From contig RQSC01000001.1 of assembly GCA_013416795.1 (NCBI GenBank), forward strand, positions 338,213-402,212: a DNA stretch of 64,000 bases. Direction: 5' to 3'. The number at the start of each line of letters is the position of its first letter. Position 1 is the first letter of the stretch. The translations under genes were made by a program, and so were the position numbers. A model generated the notes under the pieces. It worked only from the letters and a program-made list of their open reading frames with translations, was not told the origin of the DNA and made no database searches. Shown in pieces: positions 1 to 10,086 of this stretch. The stretch is from Prasinococcaceae sp. CCMP 1430. Taxonomy: Eukaryota; Plantae; Prasinodermophyta.

Positions 1-321
1 CGACCCGTGGCTGCGCCCGCTGGCGTCGCCACGTTGTGCTCTCCCCCCCCGACTGCACCAGCGAAACGTCGGACCCCAACCCCCACCCACTCCAAATTGG
101 GGTAAAGTAATGCAAGTAGGGTTTGAAAATTCGATCGGGCGAGGTCAATGTGCAGGCGCGAGAAAAGCGTCGGAGGCGGTTCGAAAACGCGCAGAGGCGC
201 GCCACACCGCGGTCGGGGTGGGGTGGGTGGGTGGGGGCGAGGTGTGTGTGTGTGTGCGGGGTCTTTTCCGAGGGCGCGGTAGCTTTGAGGGTCGGGCATT
301 CCTGCGGCGGCGCGCGGCGCG

Positions 322-2118
322 ATGGCTGCGGGGGCGGACGCGGGCGCGGTGGCGCCCGGCGCGCTGCGCGAGGCCGTGCGCGCGGTGCTGCGCAAGGTCG
401 AGTCGCTCGACGACGCGACCGACGAGCACGTGCGCGCGGCGGCGGAGCAGGCGCTCGGCCTGGCGAAAGGGGCGCTCGACAGCCGTCAGGCGGAGATAGA
501 CGAAACCATGGACGACTGGCTTGTGTCCGACGAGGCGGAGCTGGTCCAAGCCAAGCAGCTGGGACAGCAGCGCCAGGCTCCGATGGAACAGCAGCCAGCC
601 GTGGTGGCCTCCGCGGAGCCCGTGCCCGAGACGCAGCCAGTTCCCCACGCGGCAGCCCCTGAGGTGCCTGCAGCGCCGAGCCCGCAGGCAGAGGCGTTGC
701 CGCAGGCCCAGCAGGCAGCCCCGCCCCGCTCGCCGCAGCAGGAGTTTGCGGCGGCGATTGGCTCGCAGCTTCCGGGCGCGTCTGCAGGCGCTTCTGCAGG
801 GGCCGCCACCGACATTGGCAGCGGAAGGAGAGCTGGTCTCGACGACGGCAGTGCGCCAATGTTCGGCAGCGCCGAATTTCTCGGCTCCAAGTCGGCAACG
901 AAACGGCGCCGTCCCACGGCAAGGACCAAACCGAGCACGAGCCGCGCCGGTGGGAGCGCCTCCGCCGTCCGCCCGAGCTCTGTCGCGCAGCGCCGGCGAA
1001 CGAGCGGCTTCATGCAGCTGCTGCTGCTGAAGCTCCTCTCTCTGCGCCTACCCCTCCTTCTCCTGCTCCTCCTACTTCTGATGCTAACGCGTTGCTGTGG
1101 CCTCCAGTCAGACGATGATGGCCTCGGGCTGGACGACGAAGGCGACGACGGTGGTGTGCCCGCGAAGCGCAAGGCGAAGAAGCCAAAGAAGACGACGCAA
1201 ACAGTCCGCGCGTCTAAATCTGCCGCATCGACGTGGAGCAAGCCCCGTGCTCCAGCCTCGTCCGCCGGCGCTGCAACCTTGGCGGCAACGCCAATGCCAG
1301 GAGGCGCAGGAAACGTCGCGCTCGCAGCGGCAACCGCTCCGCTACCGGTGGACGCACCGCTGGATGAGCGCGTCGTCGCGGTATTGGGCGCCGCAGCTGC
1401 GCCCATGAGCGCGGCGGAGCTCGCGAGGAAGGTATCGAGCAAGAAGTCTGAGGTGAACTCCATCCTCTACAAGATGATGTCGCAGCGCAAAGTGGTCAAG
1501 CATGCTGGCGGTGGCGGCGCACCAACCTGGTGTGTCCCCGGTGGGCCCTCGGTGGCCGCAGCCGCAGCCGCCCCGGGCGCGGATCTGCCTGCAGCTATCC
1601 AGGCGCCAACCGGCGGCGGCCAGTCCGCGCATCCCCTTGCTGGTGGCGTCTCCACAGCTGGCCTGGAGAGCAGCGGAAGGGAGCCGCCACCAGAGATGGA
1701 CGGCGATACGAACATCGCCGACCTTGGCCGGCTGCGCTTTTTACGCGTGCGGACGTACGGGGGCAAGCCTTTGGCAGACATCCGCGAGTTCTACGACAAA
1801 GAGGGCAAACTCGCACCCGGCAGGCGTGGCGTTTCACTCACCGCGCCGCGCTGGGAGGCGCTGCGAGCAAACGTGGAACAGATCGATGCGGCTGTCGCCG
1901 CGCCAACAGCCGAGGACAACGTCGTATGCCAGCTGGACGCCAAGTTCCGCGTGTCCGTGCGCACGTACAACTCGAAGCTGCTGGTCGACATCAGGGAGAC
2001 CTATGAGAAGGACGGCCAGACTCTGCCTGGCAAAAGAGGCATCGCCCTCTCTCCCGAGCAGTGGGCCGTCGTGCGGGATTCTATGGACGCTGTGGACCAG
2101 GCCATCGCAAAGCTGTAG
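322..2118 (+). CDS. KELP/PC4-type transcriptional coactivator: DEK_C - Z-alpha winged helix - two PC4 domains
   Basis: ATG at 322. The N-terminal LREAVRAVLRKVESLDDAT..VRAAAEQALGL segment resembles DEK_C. The Z-alpha-like segment KKSEVNSILY..KVVKHAG..APTW lies at about 1360-1536. Two PC4 repeats (DIREFYDKEGKLAPGRRGVSL; DIRETYEKDGQTLPGKRGIAL) lie at about 1717-2115. A probable in-frame intron at 950-1111 (GTGGGA..GCTAAC..TCAG) removes the Leu-run segment. Confidence 0.85.
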   Translation: MAAGADAGAVAPGALREAVRAVLRKVESLDDATDEHVRAAAEQALGLAKGALDSRQAEIDETMDDWLVSDEAELVQAKQLGQQRQAPMEQQPAVVASAEPVPETQPVPHAAAPEVPAAPSPQAEALPQAQQAAPPRSPQQEFAAAIGSQLPGASAGASAGAATDIGSGRRAGLDDGSAPMFGSAEFLGSKSATKRRRPTARTKPSTSRAGGSASAVRPSSVAQRRRTSGFMQLLLLKLLSLRLPLLLLLLLLLMLTRCCGLQSDDDGLGLDDEGDDGGVPAKRKAKKPKKTTQTVRASKSAASTWSKPRAPASSAGAATLAATPMPGGAGNVALAAATAPLPVDAPLDERVVAVLGAAAAPMSAAELARKVSSKKSEVNSILYKMMSQRKVVKHAGGGGAPTWCVPGGPSVAAAAAAPGADLPAAIQAPTGGGQSAHPLAGGVSTAGLESSGREPPPEMDGDTNIADLGRLRFLRVRTYGGKPLADIREFYDKEGKLAPGRRGVSLTAPRWEALRANVEQIDAAVAAPTAEDNVVCQLDAKFRVSVRTYNSKLLVDIRETYEKDGQTLPGKRGIALSPEQWAVVRDSMDAVDQAIAKL

Positions 2119-2198
2119 GTCGGGGGGTGAGAGCCGTTTCTGTACTTATTAGATGACTGCGCCTTGGCGCGTTCTGATGTATTGATATGATTGATCGC

Positions 2199-4034
2199 TC
2201 AGGCCGCGGGCACTGCCTTGCCCGCGTCGTCGGCGCCCCCAGCCTCTTCCTGCGCCCCCGGCGCCCTCGCCTTGCCCTCGCCTTCCGCGTCTTCGAGCGG
2301 CGGCTCAGGCGCCGTCGTTATCTGCTGCCCGAAGCCCGCGATGGCGCCGAGCGCGGCGCCCGCCAGGATGAGCGTAAGCTCGTCCTGTTCAAAGATGGGA
2401 TGCAACACGCGCTCGAACTCCTGGGGCGTCATGAGCAGCATCTTCTCGCGCATGACCTCCTTGAGGTCCAGCGTGTCGTCCACGTAGGCATGCAGAGGTT
2501 CGAGGTGGGGCTTGAGGCGCTCGACCATGCTGTCAACCACCTCCTCGACCACTGGTCCCGACGCCACCGCCCCGGCTCCGACCGCGGCAGCCTCGGCGGC
2601 GTTGCCGATGCCGAATCTGTTGGCCCCGCTGTTGAGGAACTCTTTCGTGTGCTGGCCCAGCACCTTCCGGAACTCGTCCTTGCTCTGGCCCTCGAGCATG
2701 GTCTCCCACATCTTGCGGCTGGTGAGCACGTTCTCCGCGAGATAATCGGAGAACGCAATGCTCACTTCATGCTGGCGCTTGAGAAACATGCCCTGGATCT
2801 CAAAGGGGCCAACCTGAACGGGCTCGACCGGCTCAAAGATGCACTTGAGAGCGAGCCAGTTCGTCGCGAAGCCCACGATGAGGCCACCGATGGTGAGCGT
2901 CCACGGGTTGTCGTAGAACATCCACACAATCATCTGTATGACGCCCAGCAGGAAGCCGAACCACAGCCCGGAGTCGACCAGGAATTTGAGCTCAACGTCC
3001 CCGCAGCGCTGGAAGAGCTCGACGAGCACCCTTTTGTCCTCGCACATGGCGCAGACAACCAGCTCCTTGAGGTCGAGCGTCGTGTCGACGACCTTTTGCA
3101 GTGCCGTCGTAAACCCCGCCACATACGCGTCCTGCGCGGCACGCAGCGCGTCGAGGACGTAGGCTGGCAGCGCGGGCAGGCCGCCCGCGGCGATGTCCAC
3201 CGCGAACTCAGGCACGCCACGAAGGCCGCGCGCGACCTCCTCGGCGAGCAACGGCACCTCCGGTCGCAGCAGGCGCGCGACCTCGTCGGGGTCAAGCCGA
3301 CCGAAAACCTCCCGCACGTCAATGAGCTTCGCGGTAACCATCGACACCATGTCGAAGCTCATTTGCGCCGCCTTGGCGGGCACGATGCCCTGCCAGCCAA
3401 CCAACCCCAGTGGTTCCAGCACCGCGCAGCCGTACATGCTGCCGCTGATGAACTGCTTGATGGGCACGCCCATGAAGCTTAGCGGGTAGAATATCATCTG
3501 CACCGCGAGCCAGTTCGTCACCCACCCGACGGCTGCCGCGACCAGCGGAATGATGAGAGCGCCGCGCGGGTTGCGCCAGAACTTGCGCAGCGCGAGCTCC
3601 GTGCGGTGGCTTGCGAAGCGCCTCACGGCCCCTGCCGCGCCGAGCACCCGCAGCACGAGGTTCAGCGGTGGTGGCATGCGCGGCCCGCGCGCGGCGGCAG
3701 CGTGGACGGTGCTGCCCTCACCGCCTGCGCTGGCGCCAGCACCCCCCTCTGCAGCGTCTGACCTCAGCACGCCATCCTCCCGTGCCGCTTCGCCATCGCC
3801 GCTCACGCCAACGTCGCCCCGTGCTCCTGCCGCCCCGCGCGCGGCGCGGCGGGGGCGCTCGACCGCCGCTGGAGCGCGCACCCACCTTCCCCGAGCCTCA
3901 GCCCGCCACCTTTCCCCTCCCAACCCCTGGCCCCGCGGGCGTAGCGGGCGGAGGGCGCCTGCGAGCGCGAGTGCGGCGCGGTGGCCGGCGGCACGCGTGA
4001 TGGCACCGGACGACGAGAGGGCCAGCGAGGACAA
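2199..4034 (-). CDS. DUF445-family membrane protein, probably plastid-targeted; start codon not resolved
   Basis: Duplicated motif LIIPLVAAAVGWVTNWLAVQMIFYP / GLIVGFATNWLALKCIFEP and C-terminal FERVLHPIFEQDELTLILAGAALG. The ORF track start at 4034 is TTG. The Ala/Arg-rich N-terminus has no ATG before 3678. Confidence 0.75.
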   Translation of the reverse strand: MSSLALSSSGAITRAAGHRAALALAGALRPLRPRGQGLGGERWRAEARGRWVRAPAAVERPRRAARGAAGARGDVGVSGDGEAAREDGVLRSDAAEGGAGASAGGEGSTVHAAAARGPRMPPPLNLVLRVLGAAGAVRRFASHRTELALRKFWRNPRGALIIPLVAAAVGWVTNWLAVQMIFYPLSFMGVPIKQFISGSMYGCAVLEPLGLVGWQGIVPAKAAQMSFDMVSMVTAKLIDVREVFGRLDPDEVARLLRPEVPLLAEEVARGLRGVPEFAVDIAAGGLPALPAYVLDALRAAQDAYVAGFTTALQKVVDTTLDLKELVVCAMCEDKRVLVELFQRCGDVELKFLVDSGLWFGFLLGVIQMIVWMFYDNPWTLTIGGLIVGFATNWLALKCIFEPVEPVQVGPFEIQGMFLKRQHEVSIAFSDYLAENVLTSRKMWETMLEGQSKDEFRKVLGQHTKEFLNSGANRFGIGNAAEAAAVGAGAVASGPVVEEVVDSMVERLKPHLEPLHAYVDDTLDLKEVMREKMLLMTPQEFERVLHPIFEQDELTLILAGAALGAIAGFGQQITTAPEPPLEDAEGEGKARAPGAQEEAGGADDAGKAVPAA

Positions 4035-4124
4035 CTACGCGTGCTCGAACATGGCCCCCGTGGAGGAGCGGAAGGGGCAGTGGACGGAAGAGGAGGACAT
4101 TCAGCTCCGCGAGCTCGTCGCCAA
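4000..4124 (+). pseudogene. Orphan first exon of a Myb-domain transcription factor (no downstream exon found)
   Basis: ATG at 4000 gives MAPDDERASEDNYACSNMAPVEERKGQWTEEEDIQLRELVAK, which is Myb helix 1 (KGxWTxEED), followed by a GTGCGT donor at 4125. I found no continuing exon before the ABCF gene. Confidence 0.6.
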
Positions 4125-4737
4125 GTGCGTCGCGCCTCGCGGCGGCAGAGCGCCCGCCGAGCGACCCTGCTGCCGCCAGCGCTCGCCTGCGCGCGTTTTG
4201 TTTTGCCGCCCGCCCCGGCCGCAGGCCGGGCGGCGTGCGGCGCGGGCCGGGGCGGTGCGAGGCCGGCGGCCGCGGCTTCAGCCGCGCGGCGATCTGCGGC
4301 GCCGCGGGCCGCACCGCACGCATCGCGACCGAGCGATCGCCCCCCGCCGCGCCCCCTGCTGAGGGGGGGAGGGAGGGGACCTGCGCTACCTGCTCCGCGC
4401 GCGCTGTGGCGCCCCCCCCCCCATCAAAACGCATTCGCAAGATTTGAAAATGAACCGTAACCGAGTGTCGAGTGTCACATCAGAATGAATTCAACATTGA
4501 CAAGGTGTGCGAATCGACGCCAGAAAGGGCAGAAATAGGGTTTAATCTACATAGGGTTTGTGTTGCGCAGTCGGTGTGTGCCGGTCGCGCTGCTCTTCGT
4601 CGATCTCATCGGGGTCGTACTCGGTTAGGGGACGACGAGGGTTAAGGGTGAAATGGTGGATAGGGTCTGGTGCGGCGGCGGTTCGCGGCGGCCGGTCCGC
4701 CGGCGGAGGGTGTGGGCCGGGCGGCGCGGGGGTGGGT

Positions 4738-6907
4738 ATGGACGCGGAGCGCGCCGAGGCGCTCGCGCAACGCGTGCTGGAGGGGCCGCTGCGTGAGGCG
4801 GGCGCCGACGAAGAACTCTCGGAGTACGCCGTCGGCGCGGCGGCATCGGCGCTCGAGGAGGCGCTCGAGGACGGCGGCGGCGAGGACGAGGCGCGAGAGG
4901 CGCTCGCCGATGCGGTTGAGCCAATCCTCGAAGGCGCCGAGCTCGCAAACGCGGCGGATCTCTGCGCTGAGCTCGCGAGGCTGGCTGTGCGCGGCGAGGA
5001 TGGGGACGACGGTGGTGCGAACGGCAGCGCGGCAGAAGCGAACCCCAACGTTCTCGACCTTCGCAACATCATTCTCATGTTTGGCGGCCGCGTCCTGCTC
5101 AAGCGCTCCGACTTTGTGCTTCGTCGCGGCGGTGTGTATGCGCTCATCGGCCGCAACGGCGTGGGAAAGACGACGCTACTGACGCGGCTCGCCGCGCGTG
5201 ACATCAATGGCTTCCCTCCTGCTGTGAGCTGCGCGTACGTCCAGCACGAGGTGCAGAGCGACCGCGACGTGACGGTGGCGGCGTACGCCCGCCGCAAGGC
5301 GGACTTGCTGCTCAAGGAGGACCCGCTCGCCACGGCGGTCTCCGATGACGCGCTTGATGACGCGCTGCACGAAGTGGGCTTCGACGAGGGCGCAGGCACG
5401 CCGGACATGGACATGAAGGTCGCCGAACTGTCCGGTGGCTGGCGCATGCGCCTCGCGCTCGCGCTCGCCGTCGCACGAAAGGCCGATGTGCTCATGCTGG
5501 ATGAGCCTACAAACCACCTGGACGTCGAGGCCGTCGCGTGGCTTGTCGAGTGGATCAAGTCTCTCGAGGATACGACCGTGCTGATCGTCTCGCACGACGT
5601 GCCCTTCATGAGCAAGACTGTCGACAACGTCATTCACTTCCACGACCTCACGCTTGACTTCCACGAGAAACCCTTCGCGCAGTTCCACGCGGAGAAACCC
5701 GACGCGCAGGAGGGCATCGAGGGCGCCACCGGCGGTGGCGGTGGAGGCGCCCACGGCAAGTCCACCATGAGCCGGGAGGACCAGATGGCTGAGCGCGACA
5801 CGCCGGTTTTCAAGTTCCCGCACCCCGGCCCCCTCGACGGCATCAAGCGGCGCACGCAGCCCGTTGTGAAGCTCACCGGCGTGACGTTCCAGTACGAAGG
5901 CGCATCAAAGGCCTCCCTCAAGAATGCGACCGTGCGCCTGCCGCTCGGGGCACGCGTGGCCATCGTCGGCCCCAACGGCGCGGGCAAGAGCACGCTCCTC
6001 AAGCTGATGGTGGCTGAGCTCGAGCTCGTGAGCGGCGCCCGGGGCGCTTGCCGTGGCGAGATCTGGCGGCATACCAGCTTGCGCGTGGCGTACGTCGCGC
6101 AGCATTCGATGCACCACCTAGAGAAGCAGATGGATGAAACCCCTGTGGGATACATCATCCGGCGCTACGGGCGTGGAGTGGACAAAGAGGCGCTGAACAA
6201 GGTTGCGGCCAAGCTCACCGAGGACGAGGAGGCGATGCGCACTAGACCGGGGCAGGTGAGTGCCGTCGTGGGGCGGCGCATGACCGCGGGGCTTCTCATG
6301 TACGAACTGACCAAGGCAGGTCGACCGGAGGACCGCACCGACTGGGAGCCCGTGGTGAGCATCGAGCGCATGCCGGCGTACGTCATGAAGCTCTGCAGGG
6401 GATACGACGAGACTATGAAGGTCCGTGGCCGAGCGCGCCCACGCGCGCATTCCGGCGCGCGTTCCACACAGCCGCAGCTGACACGTGCGCTTTGTACATA
6501 CCGCATGGCTCTCTCTTCCGCGCACGCGCACGTCGCGGGCCCAGGCCATCCAAGGCGGCGCGGAGGTGCGCCCTCTGGACACCAATGAGGTCAAGGCGCA
6601 CTTGCTCGACTTTGGCATCGGAAAGAGGATCTGCTCCGAGCCCATCCGCCAGCTGTCGGGCGGGCAGCGATCGCGGCTGCTCATCGCCGCCGCGCTTTGG
6701 AACAAACCGCACTTGCTGGCTCTGGATGAGCCCACCAACTACTTGGACAAGGAGTCCATGGCTGGCCTCGCGCTTGCGCTACAGAAGTTCGCGGGTGGCG
6801 TCATCGTCGTGAGCCACAACCAAGGCTTCTTCGAGGCCGCGGGGCTTGAGGAGTGGCACGTTGAGCAGGGCGTCGTCACGCTGCCGGAGACGCGCACCGT
6901 CAAGTAA
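4738..6907 (+). CDS. ABCF-family ATPase, eEF3-like (insert in second ABC domain, no HEAT repeats)
   Basis: Two ABC cassettes: [22 protein letters not shown] and [23 protein letters not shown]. An insert of about 90 aa follows [14 protein letters not shown] in ABC2, as in eEF3/New1. Intron 6421-6544 (GTCCGT..CCAG) joins the two ORFs in frame. Confidence 0.88.
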
Positions 6908-7107
6908 GGCGGTGCGACGCTTTGTTTATAACAAATCATGTTTGGCGCCTGCGGTTGTCGGCAAGAGCAAACAGACAGACTACACGGTGGCAGCCGCGGG
7001 CTCCGGCGTGGCAACCTCGTGCGCACGTGCAATACCGTGCGCGACGATGGCTGCGTACCCGCCCCCCCCCCCCCTCCCTTTTCTGGTTGCCTCGCTCTAG
7101 CGGGCGC

Positions 7108-9377
7108 CTACATCTTGGGGCGCGTGCGCATGGTGGCGCCAGCGTCCGCGATGGAGATGCCCCTCGCAGCAGCCTGCTTGAGGAGCGCGCAGGGTTCGAA
7201 GAAGCCCTTGTGCTGTGGGCAGCGATGCGCCCACATCTCGAGCGTGTCAACGATGCGCTTCGCGCCGACGGTGTCTGCGTACTTGATGATGCCGCCTTTA
7301 TGTGCCGGGAAGCCCATCGAGAGGACGGTGGCAATGTCGAGGTCGGCAGCCTTGTCCACCACGCCTTCGGCCAGCACGCGCGCGGACTCGTTGACCACCG
7401 GGAAAAAGATGGCCTCCTGGATCTCCTCGGGGGAGAGCGACGGCACCGGCGGCAGGTTGGCAGCCGACCGCGACGCCGCGAGAAAGGGCGCGATGCCTTC
7501 CGGGTCGGGGTCGGCCTTGCGGCCCTTGCCGTACTTATAGAATCCCGTCTTGGTGGTCTCGCCAAGGCGCTTGGCGTCCACCATCGCGGGAACGATGCCG
7601 TTCGTGTACGAGCGCTCCGGGTAATTGTCTGTGAACTCCTTGCCGACGTGCATGGTGGTTGCCATGCCCACCAGGTCGTTCAGGCGCAGCGGGCCCATTG
7701 GCATGCCAAAGCCCTGTCCAGGGCCGATGGCCTTGTCGATGGCGTACGGGTCGACGCCCATATCGATGAGCATCATGGCGGCCTGGCCGTACGGGAAGAA
7801 GACGCGGTTGACGGCGAAGCCGGTGCAGTTGCCCACCACCACCGGCACCTTCTTGGTGGCCTTGGCGAAGGCAATGGCGTCGAGCAGCACCTGCGGCGAG
7901 GTGGTGTCCGTGCGCACGATCTCGAGCAGCGGCATGACGTGCGCGGGCGAGAAGTAGTGCAGGCCGCACACGCGCGAGCGCGCCTCGGGAATAAGCTTGG
8001 ACACAAGGTCGATGTTGATGGTCGACGTGTTGGTCGCGAGGATGCAGTCCTTGCGGGTGTTATCGCACAGCTCCTTGAAGATCTTCTGCTTGAGGGGGAT
8101 GGCCTCCACGGCGGCCTCGATGACGCAGTCGACCGTGCCAAACTTGCCGTAGTCGACGGTGCCCACCACGAGCTTCATGGCGGCCTCGAAGGCGTTGGGA
8201 GTCATGCGCCCCTTCTTGACGCGGCTGAAGAGGTTGGCGCGGACCCGCGCGACGCCCGCCTCCATTGCCTTCTTGTTGATTTCCTTGAGTAGCACCTTAA
8301 TGCCCACGAGGACGCACGAGGTGGCGATGCCGCTGCCCATGAGGCCGCCGCCGACGATGCCCACCCTCTTGAACGGGCGCGGCTCGAGGCTGCGATCGGT
8401 GACGCCGGGCACCTTGGACGTCGCGCGCTGCGAGAAGAAGACGTGCACGAGCGCCTTGGCGGTGTCCGAGGCGAGCACTCGCATGAACACCTCGCGCTCC
8501 TTGTGCAGTCCCGCGTCGCCGCCGTTGACAGCGCCCTCCTCGATGGCGTCGAGGCAGAGGAGCGGGTGCTCGACCCCCTTGGGCGCCTTCTTCATGGTCT
8601 GCGCGCGGACAAAGCCCACGATCTGTTTGGCCTGCTCGGGCGGCTCGATCTTGTCGACGCGCGCGAGCGTGCGCGGGAAGTCGCCGCCGGCGGCGAGCTC
8701 GAGCGCGAGCTCCGTGGCCGCGTTGAGTGTCTCTCCCTTGGGCACGATCTTGTCTACGAGGCCGAGCTCCTTGGCCATCTCCGCCTTGACGGGCTTAGAG
8801 CTGAGTATCATCTTGCACGCCGTCGGCAGGCCCACCAGGCGCGGCAGGCGTTGTGTGCCCCCGAAGCCCGGGATGACGCCCAGGTTGAGCTCGGGGAGGC
8901 CGAAGAGCGCGCCCGGCGCCGACACGCGCGCGCAGCACGCCATGGCGAGCTCGCAGCCTCCGCCCAGCGCGAGCCCCTCCACAGCGGCCACCACGGGCTT
9001 TGGCGAGTTCTCCACAAGGCGGGTCATCAGCCCCGAGCCGTCGGGCACGGCGTCGAGCGAGCCCCGCTGGGCGGCGGCGATCGCCGTGATGTCGAAGCCG
9101 CCGGAAAACTTGCCCTGCGGGGCGCGCGCGGGAAGGGCGGCACGTCAGCGCCGATCGCGCCAATCGCGCACATGTCGGCGCGCGCGCGCGCGTGCGCGCG
9201 TGCCTTGTCGCCCTTTATGACGATGGCGCGCACGCTGCGGTCGGCGTGCGCCTTTTTCAGGCACGCCTCGAGGTCGCGCAGCAGCGCGACGGCGAGCGCG
9301 TTGACGGGCGGGTTGCGCAGCGTGACGACGGCCACGCCCGAGAGCGGCTGCACCTCGAGCGACGCGCTCGCGCTCAT
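7108..9377 (-). CDS. MFP2: Peroxisomal beta-oxidation multifunctional protein (enoyl-CoA hydratase / 3-hydroxyacyl-CoA dehydrogenase)
   Basis: Motifs NPPVNAL, GKFSGGFDI, ALGGGCELAM, GGGLMGSGIA and HYFSPAHVMPLLE, ending in a PTS1-like PKM*. Exons 9377-9204 and 9114-7108, with GC-AG intron 9203-9115. Confidence 0.93.
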
Positions 9378-10086
9378 GGCAGCCGGCGAGCGGGATCCGC
9401 CTGCGCCGTGTAAGCAGGGAGGGAGGGTTGAGAAGGGAAAGGGGCGGGGGGGCACAGGGAGGAGGGAGGGCTGGCAGCGCGCGGCACGCGCGCGCTGTGG
9501 CGCCATCGGGGATCGCCCCGCGGAGCAGGCGGCGGCCGCGCGCCGCCGCCCCCAACCCCAACCCTCTCCGCTGATTTTCCTCATCACATGTCATTCATGA
9601 TCGCGTGCGCCGACATGATGGAGTCCATGCTGGCGCAGGAGTTCCGCGCCCCTCCGCCGCCGCCGCCGCCCCCCTCCCCCTGCTCACGGTGCTCCTCGAG
9701 GGACCCTGCCACGTCAGCGCCTGCTGCACCAAAAACACACAACAGCAAAAAAAAACGTTTTCCGCGCATTTTTGCCGGAAGCCGGCACGCCGGGTCAGAT
9801 TCTGGGCAAGTATCCGCTTCGACAGCGTCGGGGGCTGCGCCCTCGGATGCGTTGTCGGTATCTATTTCGTGCCAGGGTCGCCAGACCCGTAGGCGGGAGG
9901 AAAAACCGTCGAAAATCAAAATCAAAAAGGCATACTGTAAGCCCTAAATTTGATGTGGATTGAATTTCAGAAATGTGTATGAATATGCGAATCCGCGTGT
10001 TTGTAATGTGTTTTGAAATTGTAGTGATTAAACGGCGGGGATGGAAACGCGTGTGATCGTGATCCACGCGCAGCGGCGGTGCGGCG

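Noticed and set aside
965-1110. Leu-rich TM-like stretch (LLLLKLLSLRLPLLLLLLLLLML) in the KELP-like ORF
   Set aside because: It is the polypyrimidine tract of a probable in-frame intron (950-1111) with a CTAAC branch point, not a membrane anchor.
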